Of a stretch of 64,000 nucleotides of DNA, positions 24,840-35,400 are shown piece after piece. Each line of letters opens with the position of its first letter. Position 1 is the first letter of the stretch. The notes beneath the pieces are model-generated. The model saw only the letters and a list, made by a program, of their open reading frames with translations. It had not been told where the DNA came from and made no database searches. A program made the translations under genes and the position numbers. This DNA is from Anaerolineales bacterium (lineage in GTDB: Bacteria > Chloroflexota > Anaerolineae > Anaerolineales > Villigracilaceae), in assembly GCA_020634895.1 (NCBI GenBank), contig JACKAV010000009.1:65465-129464 (forward strand), in the 5' to 3' direction.

Positions 24840-26077
24840 TGGCTGAAACCATCAATATGCCCAAACTTGGCTTCGACATGGCGGAAGGTGTTCTCGTCCG
24901 CTGGGTGAAGCAGGTCGGTGAAAACATCAACAAAGGCGATGTGCTTGCCGAGATCGAAACTGACAAAGCCACCGTTGAAGTAGAATCCCCTGCCAGCGGC
25001 GTTGTTTTGCAATTGATCGTTGACCAGGGAACAAGCGTCCCGGTCAACGCGCCAATCGCCATCGTTGGAGAAGCCGGTGAAAAAGTGGATGCGCCTGCGG
25101 CGGCTCCGAAACCGGAAGCAAAGTCAGAAGAAAAACCTGCGGCTCAAACCGCGCCGACACCTGCCGCAACAACCCAAGCCTCTACCCCCGCCGCAAGCGG
25201 ACCCGTCAAAGCCAGCCCGCTTGCGCGCAAAGTTGCCAAAGATAACGGCGTTGACCTCGCCACTGTTCAAGGTACTGGTCCCGGCGGACGAGTAGTTCGC
25301 AAAGATGTGGAAGCCGCATTATCCAGCAGTCAGCCGTCAGCGGTCAGCCGCCCATCCACCCCAATTACCAATTACCAATTACCTACCTCTGTCGAAGACA
25401 AAGTCGTTCCGACCACCAAACTGCGGCAAGCCATCGGTCGCCGACTCGTCGAATCCAAGCAGACCATTCCCCACTTCTACGTCACCCATGAGTACAAGAT
25501 GGAAGCGGTCATGGACATGCGCAAGCAGATCAATGCCTATCTTGGCGACAATGAAAAAGTCTCCGTCAACGACTTCATCATCAAGGCAACGGCGTTGACA
25601 TTGCGTCAGTTCCCCAATCTCAACGCAACCCTCAAAGGCAATGAGATCATCCAGTTCGGTCACGTCAATGTCGGCGTGGCAGTCACCGTCCCGGGTGGAC
25701 TCATGACCGTCGTCGTGAAAGATGCGGATGTCAAATCCATGCGCCAAATTTCAGGCGAGATCAAAGCCATGGCAGCGCGTGCCCGCGAAGGCAAAGTCAA
25801 GCCGGAAGATGTGGACGGCTCGACCTTCTCCACATCCAACCTCGGCATGTACGATGTGGAAGAATTTATCGCCATCGTCAACCCGCCTGAAGCTGCGATT
25901 TTGGCAATCGGCTCCGCCAAGGAAACACCAGTGGTTGTGAATGGCGAGATCAAGATCGGCTCACGCATGAAAGCCACCATCTCCGTTGACCACCGCGTCA
26001 GCGACGGCGCCGAAGCGGCACAGTTCATGCAAACACTCGCTGAGTTCCTGGAAAATCCAGTACGAATGTTGGTGTAA
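24839..26077 (+). CDS. pdhC: Dihydrolipoamide acetyltransferase E2
   Basis: ETDKATVE lipoyl domain, ASPLARK PSBD, DHRVSDG catalytic motif; TAATG coupling to pdhB. Confidence 0.95.
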   Translation: MAETINMPKLGFDMAEGVLVRWVKQVGENINKGDVLAEIETDKATVEVESPASGVVLQLIVDQGTSVPVNAPIAIVGEAGEKVDAPAAAPKPEAKSEEKPAAQTAPTPAATTQASTPAASGPVKASPLARKVAKDNGVDLATVQGTGPGGRVVRKDVEAALSSSQPSAVSRPSTPITNYQLPTSVEDKVVPTTKLRQAIGRRLVESKQTIPHFYVTHEYKMEAVMDMRKQINAYLGDNEKVSVNDFIIKATALTLRQFPNLNATLKGNEIIQFGHVNVGVAVTVPGGLMTVVVKDADVKSMRQISGEIKAMAARAREGKVKPEDVDGSTFSTSNLGMYDVEEFIAIVNPPEAAILAIGSAKETPVVVNGEIKIGSRMKATISVDHRVSDGAEAAQFMQTLAEFLENPVRMLV

Positions 26078-26081
26078 AAGC

Positions 26082-26112
26082 AAACTTCCGAAGTCAATGG
26101 CTTCGGAAGTTT
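26082..26112 (+). terminator. ACTTCCGAAG palindrome acting as the pdh terminator
   Basis: aaacttccgaag-N7-cttcggaagttt plus T-tract. Confidence 0.7.
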
Positions 26113-26186
26113 TTGTTTAAGGGAGTTGTGAAATATGAATAAGCCGAAAGAGAGTGGTTTCCTCTGCCGACCCATATTCGCCTTAA

Positions 26187-29081
26187 TTAAGGCACATAAT
26201 AATCGATCAACAAATGCGGACGGTTCGCCTGGTCAACAGCATCGCCGCTGTAAAACGTCAGGAAGTCCGCACCAAGATCGTCGTTATCATCCAATTGGAA
26301 GGCAAGGCGGAGTTGAGTAATGCCTGTTCTGTTGATATACGTAAAAGCATTCGGCGTCAGCACAGCCCAATACCATCCACCCACAGGGTTATTCTGAATG
26401 ATCGCCGCATTTCCAAAACTGGCAGGAGACTGAAAGTCCATCGACTGGAGGGCATTCACCTTGAATGGACCAAAGAAACCGTAGGGTCCGTAACTTAAAT
26501 CCACGAGAATATTGCCATGTGTGGTGAATGGATCACTGCCCGAAATGCCCTGTAACTTTATCGTCAGGATCGCCTGCGTGATGACCGCATTATCCGGCAG
26601 ATAATCGGTGGGGAAATGCAAAATGGAACGGTATTGACGATCCTGAGCATCATCGCCAACCCGCAACGTATCCGCGGTGGAATTTTTTGTGCCGCCAATA
26701 TCGCTGTCTTCCGCTGTTTCCAGAATCCAGCCGTCATTCCTGCCGTTGGAGCGCAAACGTTCGGTCTTCACTTCATTCACTTTTTTACTGATCGAGTAGA
26801 AAGGTCCGGCAAAATTCCCATTTCCAAAACCAACCCCGCCGAGCGGATTCCCAGCCGCATCCACAAGGCTGTCATCATCCACAACGCTGAGTTGAATGGT
26901 GCCATTTCCCGTTCCGGTGCCAACTGTGACAATTGCAGTGCTTGCATCGATGGAGAGTTCGGGAATCGTGAGCCCCGTCGGTCCATTTGCAGTTAACGCA
27001 AATTGGCTCACGTCGATATACTTCACGGGTTCAGAAAAGATCACGCTGAAATGAACCGTTTCCGCCGAAGTTGGATCCGGGTCGAGGCGCAGGATCATTG
27101 TCACGATTGGAGGAGTCCGATCAAGCGTATAAGACTCTCCAGTTGTGAAATTTCCATTGCCGCCTCCAAAACCACCGAGCGGAATGCCGCTTTCATCCAC
27201 AATGCTGTCATCATCCACCAGATCGAGCCGCAGCGTTCCATCGCCCGAACCCGCGTTGACGTTGACCGTATAAGCATTCCCCGCGCCGACGACATCAACC
27301 AGAGACGCGCCTCCAACAGACCCGGAAGTGGAGAGTATAAAATCGCTGGTATCAACGCCGGTCACTGATTCGGAAAAGGTCACCGCAAAACGCGCGCCCG
27401 CATTCGCAGTCGGATTCGCATCGAGCCGCAGGATACTCGTCACAACAGCAATGTTCTTATTCACAACATAGACTTCACCATTCATGAAGCTGCCATTCCC
27501 CGCACCCGCACCGCCAAGCGGATTTTGCGAAACGTCCCTGATGCCGTCATCATCCACAACGTCGAGGCGCAGTGTACCATCGCCCGTTCCGGTATCCACG
27601 TTGACGAAGTACTCGCTTCCCGCCCCGCTGACAGCGGTTATCACCGCCCCAGAAATTCCCCCGCCGATAGTTAACACAAAATCGCCGACTTCCACGCCGG
27701 TGACATCCTCAGAAAATCGGACGAGGAAATCAACATGCTGATCCGCGGGAGAACAATTGGATGAACAGGAATGTTGAATGGAGACAATCGTTGGCGGGGT
27801 ATCTGCCTGATATGACATTTCCCTTACATATATATCCCTTTCACCATTGGTGTCCTCCGGTACATGCGCAAACGAAGTGGCGAAAAGCAGAAACCGACCA
27901 TCCCCCGAAATAGACGGCAGAATGGGGCTATCCATGCCGCTGCTGTCGTGACCGGGAACCGCCAGATACATTTGGTTTGTAGTCCGATCGGCAATGTAAA
28001 GATCGCGTCTCGGCATTCCATCACCTTTATCATCAAAACTAAAAGCGATATAACGCCCGTCCGCAGAGATGACCGAGGAATCAGACTCGCCCACCATTGC
28101 ATAACCATCTTTGTAGGAAACTAACAAAGTTGTACCAGCCTGCATATCCCGCACATAGAGTTGGGTATAACCATAAGTATCGACCGTTGTGAAATCATCT
28201 GAAGAAGTGGAGAACGTCACATATCTTCCATCGCCCGATATGGACGGTTCCGTTGAAGAGAAACCGCCCTGTACGCCGCTCGAGTTGACAGATGCGCGCA
28301 CGATCTGCCCGGTCTGTATCGAATATACAAAAACATCCGCGACACCGTTGGTATCATCGGGAACGAAATTTGTGGACCTCGAATTGAAGACCACAAAGCG
28401 TCCGTCCAGGGAGATGCTGCCATCAAAGCCGCCAGCGTTCCCAGAGACGGTAACACCGGTTGTCGTTCCCAATTGCATGTCGCGCACAAAAATATCGCCT
28501 GCACCGTTGGTATCGTTTGGCACGAGATTATCCGCTTCGGAGTCAAAGACCACAAATCGCCCATCCCCAGAAATCGACGCATTTATCGCCTCATTGTTCG
28601 GTTCGCCGCCCGTCGAAGTTAATGAAGCGCGCGATACTATTCCAGTAACTGTATCTTTGACATAAATATCGCTAAAACCATTCATATCACCCGGCAGGAG
28701 ATTAGTCGCGCCGGATTCAAAGGCGACGAAATGCCCGTCCGCCGAAATGGATGGATTGCCTCCGCCTCCGTCCGCTTCCAGACCAGCCGCATCCACCGAA
28801 ACGCGGACAATTGTGCCAAGCTGCAAGTCGCGCATAAAAACGTCACTCACGCCATTAATATCATTCGGGACGAGATTTGTCCCTTCAGATTCAAAGACGG
28901 CAAAACGCCCGTTCGCGGAAATTTGTCCGCGATACGAAATGGCATTCGAACCTGCCGAGACCCAGGTGTAGCCGCCAGCCGCGGCATGTGCAGAATCGAG
29001 ACCGCCCGGCTGAAAAAATGAAGCCAACAAGAGGAGTCCCAAAGCGCCTCTCCAAACTATTTTGTGGATATTGGGTTTCAT
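26187..29081 (-). CDS. Secreted surface protein: PD40/TolB-like beta-propeller, three Ig-like repeats, DNRLRE/CBM96-like C-terminal domain
   Basis: Signal peptide; repeated SISGDGRF...D.N...DIFVRD; repeated FSE.V.GVD..DF and GTLRLD..DDDS; LRVGDD...YRSILHF; ends YYVP. Confidence 0.85.
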   Translation of the reverse strand: MKPNIHKIVWRGALGLLLLASFFQPGGLDSAHAAAGGYTWVSAGSNAISYRGQISANGRFAVFESEGTNLVPNDINGVSDVFMRDLQLGTIVRVSVDAAGLEADGGGGNPSISADGHFVAFESGATNLLPGDMNGFSDIYVKDTVTGIVSRASLTSTGGEPNNEAINASISGDGRFVVFDSEADNLVPNDTNGAGDIFVRDMQLGTTTGVTVSGNAGGFDGSISLDGRFVVFNSRSTNFVPDDTNGVADVFVYSIQTGQIVRASVNSSGVQGGFSSTEPSISGDGRYVTFSTSSDDFTTVDTYGYTQLYVRDMQAGTTLLVSYKDGYAMVGESDSSVISADGRYIAFSFDDKGDGMPRRDLYIADRTTNQMYLAVPGHDSSGMDSPILPSISGDGRFLLFATSFAHVPEDTNGERDIYVREMSYQADTPPTIVSIQHSCSSNCSPADQHVDFLVRFSEDVTGVEVGDFVLTIGGGISGAVITAVSGAGSEYFVNVDTGTGDGTLRLDVVDDDGIRDVSQNPLGGAGAGNGSFMNGEVYVVNKNIAVVTSILRLDANPTANAGARFAVTFSESVTGVDTSDFILSTSGSVGGASLVDVVGAGNAYTVNVNAGSGDGTLRLDLVDDDSIVDESGIPLGGFGGGNGNFTTGESYTLDRTPPIVTMILRLDPDPTSAETVHFSVIFSEPVKYIDVSQFALTANGPTGLTIPELSIDASTAIVTVGTGTGNGTIQLSVVDDDSLVDAAGNPLGGVGFGNGNFAGPFYSISKKVNEVKTERLRSNGRNDGWILETAEDSDIGGTKNSTADTLRVGDDAQDRQYRSILHFPTDYLPDNAVITQAILTIKLQGISGSDPFTTHGNILVDLSYGPYGFFGPFKVNALQSMDFQSPASFGNAAIIQNNPVGGWYWAVLTPNAFTYINRTGITQLRLAFQLDDNDDLGADFLTFYSGDAVDQANRPHLLIDYYVP

Positions 29082-29203
29082 ACTGCTCTCCTTCAAATGT
29101 GAAACAAATCCCCGCTTATTTTCACAACCTCATCATATATCCAAAAAATGAGACTCGATTATTTCAAAATCATTCTAGATTTTCCAACCAGGGTATGTAA
29201 CAA

Positions 29204-29240
29204 AAAGCACCCCTGAGCTATTGAAACTCAGGGATGCTTT
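29204..29240 (-). terminator. Hairpin, probable terminator
   Basis: aaagca-ccctgag...ctcaggg-atgcttt between tandem minus-strand genes. Confidence 0.55.
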
Positions 29241-29266
29241 GATTTATGTATTGCCAACCAACAGCG

Positions 29267-32206
29267 TTACGGAACCGGCAATCCCTCGCACAAGGTTCGA
29301 TATTCCTCATCCCCAAAGAAGAAGGTCCATTCGGATTGGCTGAAATTTTTTGTGAGGCGGCTGCAAGCGGCATTGACAATGGCGTCGCCCTGTATCTCAG
29401 CCACCACAGAAGTATCGTAGAAGAGGATCGTCCTCAACGAGGAGGAAAACAATTGCTTCCCGTCGGGTGAATATGCGAGCGAAGTAACATCCCCCTTCTG
29501 GCGGATGCGATACACCTCCTCGCCGGTAGCGGCATTGACAATGATGATCTGATCCTGCTCGCCCAACAGCAGACGGTCACCGCCGGGATTAAACGCCATC
29601 GAAAACGCCTGGTCTGCGGCAAAAACCGCAACCTGCTCGAACCCAGATACTTCTGCCTGCCAGATATGTGTATCTGTCAGGGTGTTCGCGGAGAGGATTT
29701 TCCCTTCCGGGTTGAATTCCACAAGTTGATTTTTGCCGGACGAATCAAGTTCGGAAACAACGGTATCGGCGGTCAGATCCACAACGATCACTTTATCGTC
29801 AAGACCCAAAGCCGCCAGATTCGTTGATGAAACTGAAAGCGAATAAATGGGCAGGTCACTTTGATAAATGACCCCGCTTTCAGAACCATCCAAACCTCTT
29901 CTTTGCAAAAGTCCCGCTTCACTGCCGAGGATAAGGGTGTTTCCATCTGGTGAATAAGCGATGCGCTGCCTTGCACCAGCATTGACCAGAGTGCGATAAC
30001 TGCCAGCGACCAGGTTCGAGATTATCACCTGCCCATCATCCAGGGAAATCGCCATCTGGTCTCCGTTCGGGCTGATGGCAATGTCATAGACGGTGTTCGC
30101 GCCAAAATCGAGCAGCGGATTTTTCTTTATAACCGTCTGCGTGGCATCAAGCACGGGGTCGAGTAGCCAAACCTGCGCCTTGGTCGAGGCGGCGAACCAA
30201 TCCCCATTGGGACTTACTTTTATATTTTCCGTCGAATCGGTAAAACGCAGGAAACCATCCGTCATTTGAAGGGCAGAAATATTCCAAATGGAAACCTGCC
30301 CGTCCATATCACCGGTGACGATATAACTTGAATCTGAACTGAAAGCCAGAGACGTTCCGGTCGCTTCGATCGGGATCTGAAATATCTCAGCGCCATTTGC
30401 CGTGTCCCAAATCCTTACCGTCCGATCGGAACCAGTGGAAGCGATCCACAGTCCATCCGGACTGATCTTAACCTCCTGCACAATGCTGTCCTGCAACATG
30501 CGCAGACGTTCCTCGCCAGATTTCACATCCCATATACGGATACGGAAATCATCAGAACTGGTAACAAACCATGTACCATCCGGGCTGAAGGCAACGTTGG
30601 TAACCCTATCCTCATTTAGAACGCGCAGCAATTCCCCGCCCGTATATGGACTGGTAAGCACAGCGTAATTATCGGCACTTCCAGATATCAACTGCTGACT
30701 ATCAGGGCTGAACGCGATCTCATATACTTCTTTTTTATGAGCAGGGCTGTTTATGATCTGACCCGTGTGCAAGTTCCAAAACGTGATCGAGCCGAGGTTC
30801 GATGCCGCGGCAAACCATAATCCATCCGGGCTGAAAGCAGTGACCTGCAGGCTGCCATACACAGACAACTCCGCCGAAAGTTCATAGTTCGACAGTTTTA
30901 TCAGATCGATCTTGCTGTCATCCCGCGCCATTGCCAGCAGTTTTCCGTCCGGGCTGATGTTCACAGCACGCACCGACACACCCAGGTTGATCTTTTTCAC
31001 CAAGTCGCCATTTTCGGCATCGATGATCTGCACCTCGCCGCTGTCGTCGCTGGTGACCAATATCTTTCCATCGGGACTGAACGTCGCATCCAACACGGAC
31101 CCGGAACTGGTCGTACAAAACAAGCTTTCGCCATCCTCAAAGCGGGTCAAACAAGCGGAGCCGTCCTCGCCCGACGACACAAACTTATTTCCATCAGGGC
31201 TTACTTCAAGGTCGATAATGGAACCTTCGTGTTGTATCTGCGCAACAGGGATGGGCAGCAGACTGATGTTCTTCCGCAGGATTCCTTCCGCCTCCACCGA
31301 ACTGTTGCGTTGATATGAATCTATGGCAAGTAATGTGCTGGTAAACAACCCGCCCGAACGCGATTGATAGATCTGCGCACGCGCCGCACTGCGCTGCGCC
31401 TTGGCAATGACCTCGTTTTTCTCTGCAGAAGCCTTCGCTGCCAGCGCGGCATGAGCACTGTCGTTCGCAAGCTTTTCGTTCTTTTGTGCGAGGACTCTTT
31501 GCGCATCGGCTTCCTGCGCATTGGAGACAGCCTGATTTCGTTGATCGAGCGCCAGCAATGAGAGAAAGACTGTAACCAGCAAAACGATCACAGCCGAGAT
31601 CCAGATGGCTGTGCGGAGTCTCTCATCCCTGCGGCTGAACGTGATGTAATGTCTCTGCAGGTCAGACGGCAAAGGGTCTTTCTCTGCAAAGACCACAATC
31701 ATCCTGTTAGCATTGCGGAGGTCCCTGCCGCGCAACAGCAAACTGGCATCCTTTTTACGATCCCACTCCAGCGCGCGGACCTGCAAGCGGCGGTGTTCCT
31801 GAAGCCATTCGATATCGATATTGATTGCTACTTTAACTTTGTCCAAGCCCACAGTAAAATCGTCCGTTTCGCGGATGAAGATCCAATTCAAGTCGCGGAC
31901 GAATTCCTCTACCTCTTTCGGTGTCACATCGCGGACAACGATCGGGATGATGCGCTTTGCATTCTTATGCGCATGGTTCAACTCCACCTTGCAAACTTCA
32001 GACGCAATTGAATCCGGACTGATAAGGAAGATAAACGCATCAGCCTCTTCAATACCCTGCAGGATCTGGTCCAGCCAGCCCACAGCAGGCGGGATATCCT
32101 CCCAGTCCACCCACACATCCAGATCAATGGCTTTAAATTCCTCGATCAATTTGCGGGCAACGGCAGAATCTTTTCGCGAATAAGAAACAAAAACACCGGT
32201 CATCAA
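29267..32206 (-). CDS. TIR domain, helical region, TM helix and WD40 beta-propeller(s)
   Basis: VFVSYSRKD...SEVCKVEL TIR; LQVRALEW...LLRG segment; TM IWISAVIVLLVTVFLSLLAL; many FSPDG and RIWD repeats. Confidence 0.88.
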   Translation of the reverse strand: MMTGVFVSYSRKDSAVARKLIEEFKAIDLDVWVDWEDIPPAVGWLDQILQGIEEADAFIFLISPDSIASEVCKVELNHAHKNAKRIIPIVVRDVTPKEVEEFVRDLNWIFIRETDDFTVGLDKVKVAINIDIEWLQEHRRLQVRALEWDRKKDASLLLRGRDLRNANRMIVVFAEKDPLPSDLQRHYITFSRRDERLRTAIWISAVIVLLVTVFLSLLALDQRNQAVSNAQEADAQRVLAQKNEKLANDSAHAALAAKASAEKNEVIAKAQRSAARAQIYQSRSGGLFTSTLLAIDSYQRNSSVEAEGILRKNISLLPIPVAQIQHEGSIIDLEVSPDGNKFVSSGEDGSACLTRFEDGESLFCTTSSGSVLDATFSPDGKILVTSDDSGEVQIIDAENGDLVKKINLGVSVRAVNISPDGKLLAMARDDSKIDLIKLSNYELSAELSVYGSLQVTAFSPDGLWFAAASNLGSITFWNLHTGQIINSPAHKKEVYEIAFSPDSQQLISGSADNYAVLTSPYTGGELLRVLNEDRVTNVAFSPDGTWFVTSSDDFRIRIWDVKSGEERLRMLQDSIVQEVKISPDGLWIASTGSDRTVRIWDTANGAEIFQIPIEATGTSLAFSSDSSYIVTGDMDGQVSIWNISALQMTDGFLRFTDSTENIKVSPNGDWFAASTKAQVWLLDPVLDATQTVIKKNPLLDFGANTVYDIAISPNGDQMAISLDDGQVIISNLVAGSYRTLVNAGARQRIAYSPDGNTLILGSEAGLLQRRGLDGSESGVIYQSDLPIYSLSVSSTNLAALGLDDKVIVVDLTADTVVSELDSSGKNQLVEFNPEGKILSANTLTDTHIWQAEVSGFEQVAVFAADQAFSMAFNPGGDRLLLGEQDQIIIVNAATGEEVYRIRQKGDVTSLAYSPDGKQLFSSSLRTILFYDTSVVAEIQGDAIVNAACSRLTKNFSQSEWTFFFGDEEYRTLCEGLPVP

Positions 32207-32334
32207 TCACCACTTTCTATAAATATGGAGAAGATCAATAAAATTATACCTGCTGCCCGATAAAAAAGCCTCCAACATATTTCGTCAGAGGCGAAAATTT
32301 CATTATTAGACTTCTTGCAAAAGTCTAAAAGACT

Positions 32335-32401
32335 AACCACGGAGGCACAGAGACACCGAGAATAGTTATTAAAAACTCCGTGGTTCTGCGTCTTTGTGGT
32401 T
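32335..32401. repeat. CAC(G/A)GAG inverted repeat element with roughly 9-nt periodicity
   Basis: aaccacggag (32335-32344) / ctccgtggtt (32376-32385), with cacagag and ctttgtg units. Confidence 0.6.
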
Positions 32402-32460
32402 CAAAATGGTCTTCAACACAAAGCGATTGCCACTTATGCAAGAGGTCTATTACTTCAAAA

Positions 32461-35400
32461 TCACGGCACATAATATTTTATCGTCAACTGCGGGCGGGCA
32501 TAAAGCACTCCATAATCGCCGCTGAAAAACGACAGGTAATCGTCGCGCCGGTTGTCGTCGTCATCGACAAGGAAGCCAAGCCTGAATTGCGTCACGCCCT
32601 GGAGGTTGATAAATGGGAAGGAGCGAGCATCCAAATTCGACCAATACCAACCGCCCACCGGGTTATCCAAAATAATCCCTGCAGAATACAAACTGGCAGG
32701 AGCCTGAAAATCGGAATTTTGCAAAGACCCGATCTGGAATGGTCCAAAACTGCCGAATGCGCCTTCGCGAATATCGATCCAAATATAACGATGCGACACA
32801 AAAGGATTTTTCCCAACGATCGTTTCAAGCTGCAGAGTCAATATCGCCTGCGTGATAACCGCGTTATCCGGCATGGATTCGGTCGGGAACTGCAAGATGG
32901 AACGATATTGATTATCCTGCGCGTTATCGCCCACACGAATCGTGGCAGACCTCGAATTGACCGTCCCGCCACGATTGCTCGTCTCTTTCGATTCAAGGAT
33001 CCACCCATCATCCGCGCCATCTGAATAAAAGACGGCAGAGTAAATAACGGGCGTATTTCTGTCAATGGTATACGTCTCACCGGAAGCAAAATTCGCATTC
33101 CCAATTCCCGCACCGCCCAAAGGCGCGCCCATTGCATCCACAATGCTGTCATCGTCGAATAGATCAAGGCGGAGCGACCCATTACCGCTGCCAGTGTTGA
33201 CGACGACGGTGTAGATCGAACCCGATCCGGTAATGGATAAAAGTCCCGCATCACTCAAGCCGGAAGCTGCCAGCACAAAATCAGCCGCGTCCACACCGAA
33301 AACGGATTCAGAGAATGTGACCGCGAATCGCACCGTGTCGGCGGAGGTGGGGTCTGGGTCAGCTCGCAGGATGGAGGTCACGTACGGAGCGCTTCTGTTG
33401 ATTGTATAGGTATCGCCCGCAAAATTTCCATTTGAAATGCCAACTCCACCCAACGGCGTAGACATCGCATCAATGATACTGTCGTTGTCCGTGAGGTCGA
33501 GGCGCAGGGTTCCATCCCCGCTGCCTGTGTTGACAGTGACCATGTAAGCGCTGCCTGAGCCGGAAATTTCTGTGATGGAAGCGTTCGCAAGATTGCCGCT
33601 GGTCGAAAGGATGAAGTCTCCCGCATCCACGCCGCTGACATCCTTCGAGAAGTCCAACGCATAGCGGACAAAATCCGCGTTGGTGGACAAAGCATCCGCG
33701 CCGGAGATCGAAGTGACCACCGGAGGAACCACTGGCGCGGGAGTATCCGTTACAACAGGTGGCGGCGTGGGCGCATCAGGAATTGGCGTTGAAACATCCA
33801 GCATCGGCGTAGCCGTAGGACCCGCCGTTCCATATGGAGATTCAAAAGCACCAATATCCGGTGCGCTGCCAAAATAATTATCGTTGATTCCCGGAATAAG
33901 CACGCCCCTATCAATGTTCGGGCTGGTTGCCGAGAGCGAGAAATCTCCCCACGCAGGGTTCGTCAAACCGGGAGGATTTTCGTGCCCGTTACATTCCAAA
34001 TTTGAAGCGCGGCACAATTGATTCATGGTGGAGTAATTTACGTTCTCCCAAATGAATCGATAGCCCGTGCTCGAAGTGCTCCAGTTGTCGTAATTCCAAT
34101 CATGCCCCGTCGAACCGGCGTGATGCGCCTCTACAGAATATCCATTCCCTTGAAAGATATTGTTCCGCATGATCGAGTTATACGTGTTGCTGATCATCTC
34201 AAGCGAATTCAAGTTCGCCTGATTCGTCCAACTGGTGTTGTGATAGATCAACACCCAGCCGTCTGAATTTCGATCCCATTTGATGTTGCGGGCTGTGAAA
34301 TTCGAGAACGTATTCCGCAGCACCCAGACCGGTCCACGCGTGATCGGCGCAAGGGAAATGCCCACCAAAGTTGAATCGATCGAGTTATTCCTGAAGCGGT
34401 GATTGACGCAGGTTCCCTCCGGCTCGAGCGCATCATCACCGATGTTACGAATGGTATTGTTATAAATATCCGCATCGAACGCCACGCCGGGGTTATCCAA
34501 CGCGCCTGATGAACTTGTGTATATCCCATTGAAATAATCGTGGATCTGGTTGCCGCGCACGATTGCGCCGATATGCCCCCTGAGAACGACGGCAATCGAT
34601 TCCATTGAAGTCCCTTTGACGGCAGCCCACGGCCACGGGTCATTGACCACGTCGTACATCTCGTTATATTCGATGCGCGTGTCGTTGCCGCGGTCTTCGC
34701 CGCCAGTCCATTCGACAAAGACCGGATTCTGCAAATTATGGATGCGGTTCTTACGCACCACGATATGAGAAGCATTCGTCAAACACGCGCCGCAGCCGTA
34801 CTCCGTTCCGTAGTAACGCATCTCAAAACCTTCGATCCAGATCCAGTCACGCCCGTTCACATCGAACGCTTTGTTCAAACGCGGAATCTGCCAGGAATAT
34901 TTTGACGGCTCACGCTGGCTGCGAACATAAAGCCGCGACGTGACCGGGTCGTAATACCAACCTTCACTGATCGAAGTGTTGTTGTGTCCGCGAGAATCCA
35001 AAAGCCCATTCAGGTCGTCGTACTTGTACATGCGCTTTCCATCGCGCGTGAGGTAATAAATGCCGGGACCGATCTTCGCAAACCAAACCAGCGACTTGGA
35101 CTTGTACGGCTCCCACACATCCGATGCGAGGGTTTCGGACCCATCAAGAACTGCGCCTCCACCCTCCGCCTTGACCTGAATCCAATTTCCAGGCATTCCC
35201 GAAGCCGGAAACGTGACCGACTCATGATAGACCCCGTCCGCGACCAAAACCTGCGAGCCGGGCACAGCGCGGTTGACGCCTTCCTGAATGGTGCGGAACG
35301 GCGCCGAAACAGACCCGTCCCCGCCTGCGGGAGCATCGTCATTGACGTAAATATAATTCGAAGGTGAAAAGAATAATTCGTCTGATTGAGTCGTAAAAAT

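Noticed and set aside
22825-26077. Missing E3 (lpdA) as a sign of an unusual PDH
   Set aside because: lpdA is often encoded elsewhere and shared among complexes; this cannot be judged from the window.
32306-32328. ttagactt-cttgcaa-aagtctaa as an IS terminal repeat or footprint
   Set aside because: A single short palindrome with no transposase, partner end or target duplication visible.
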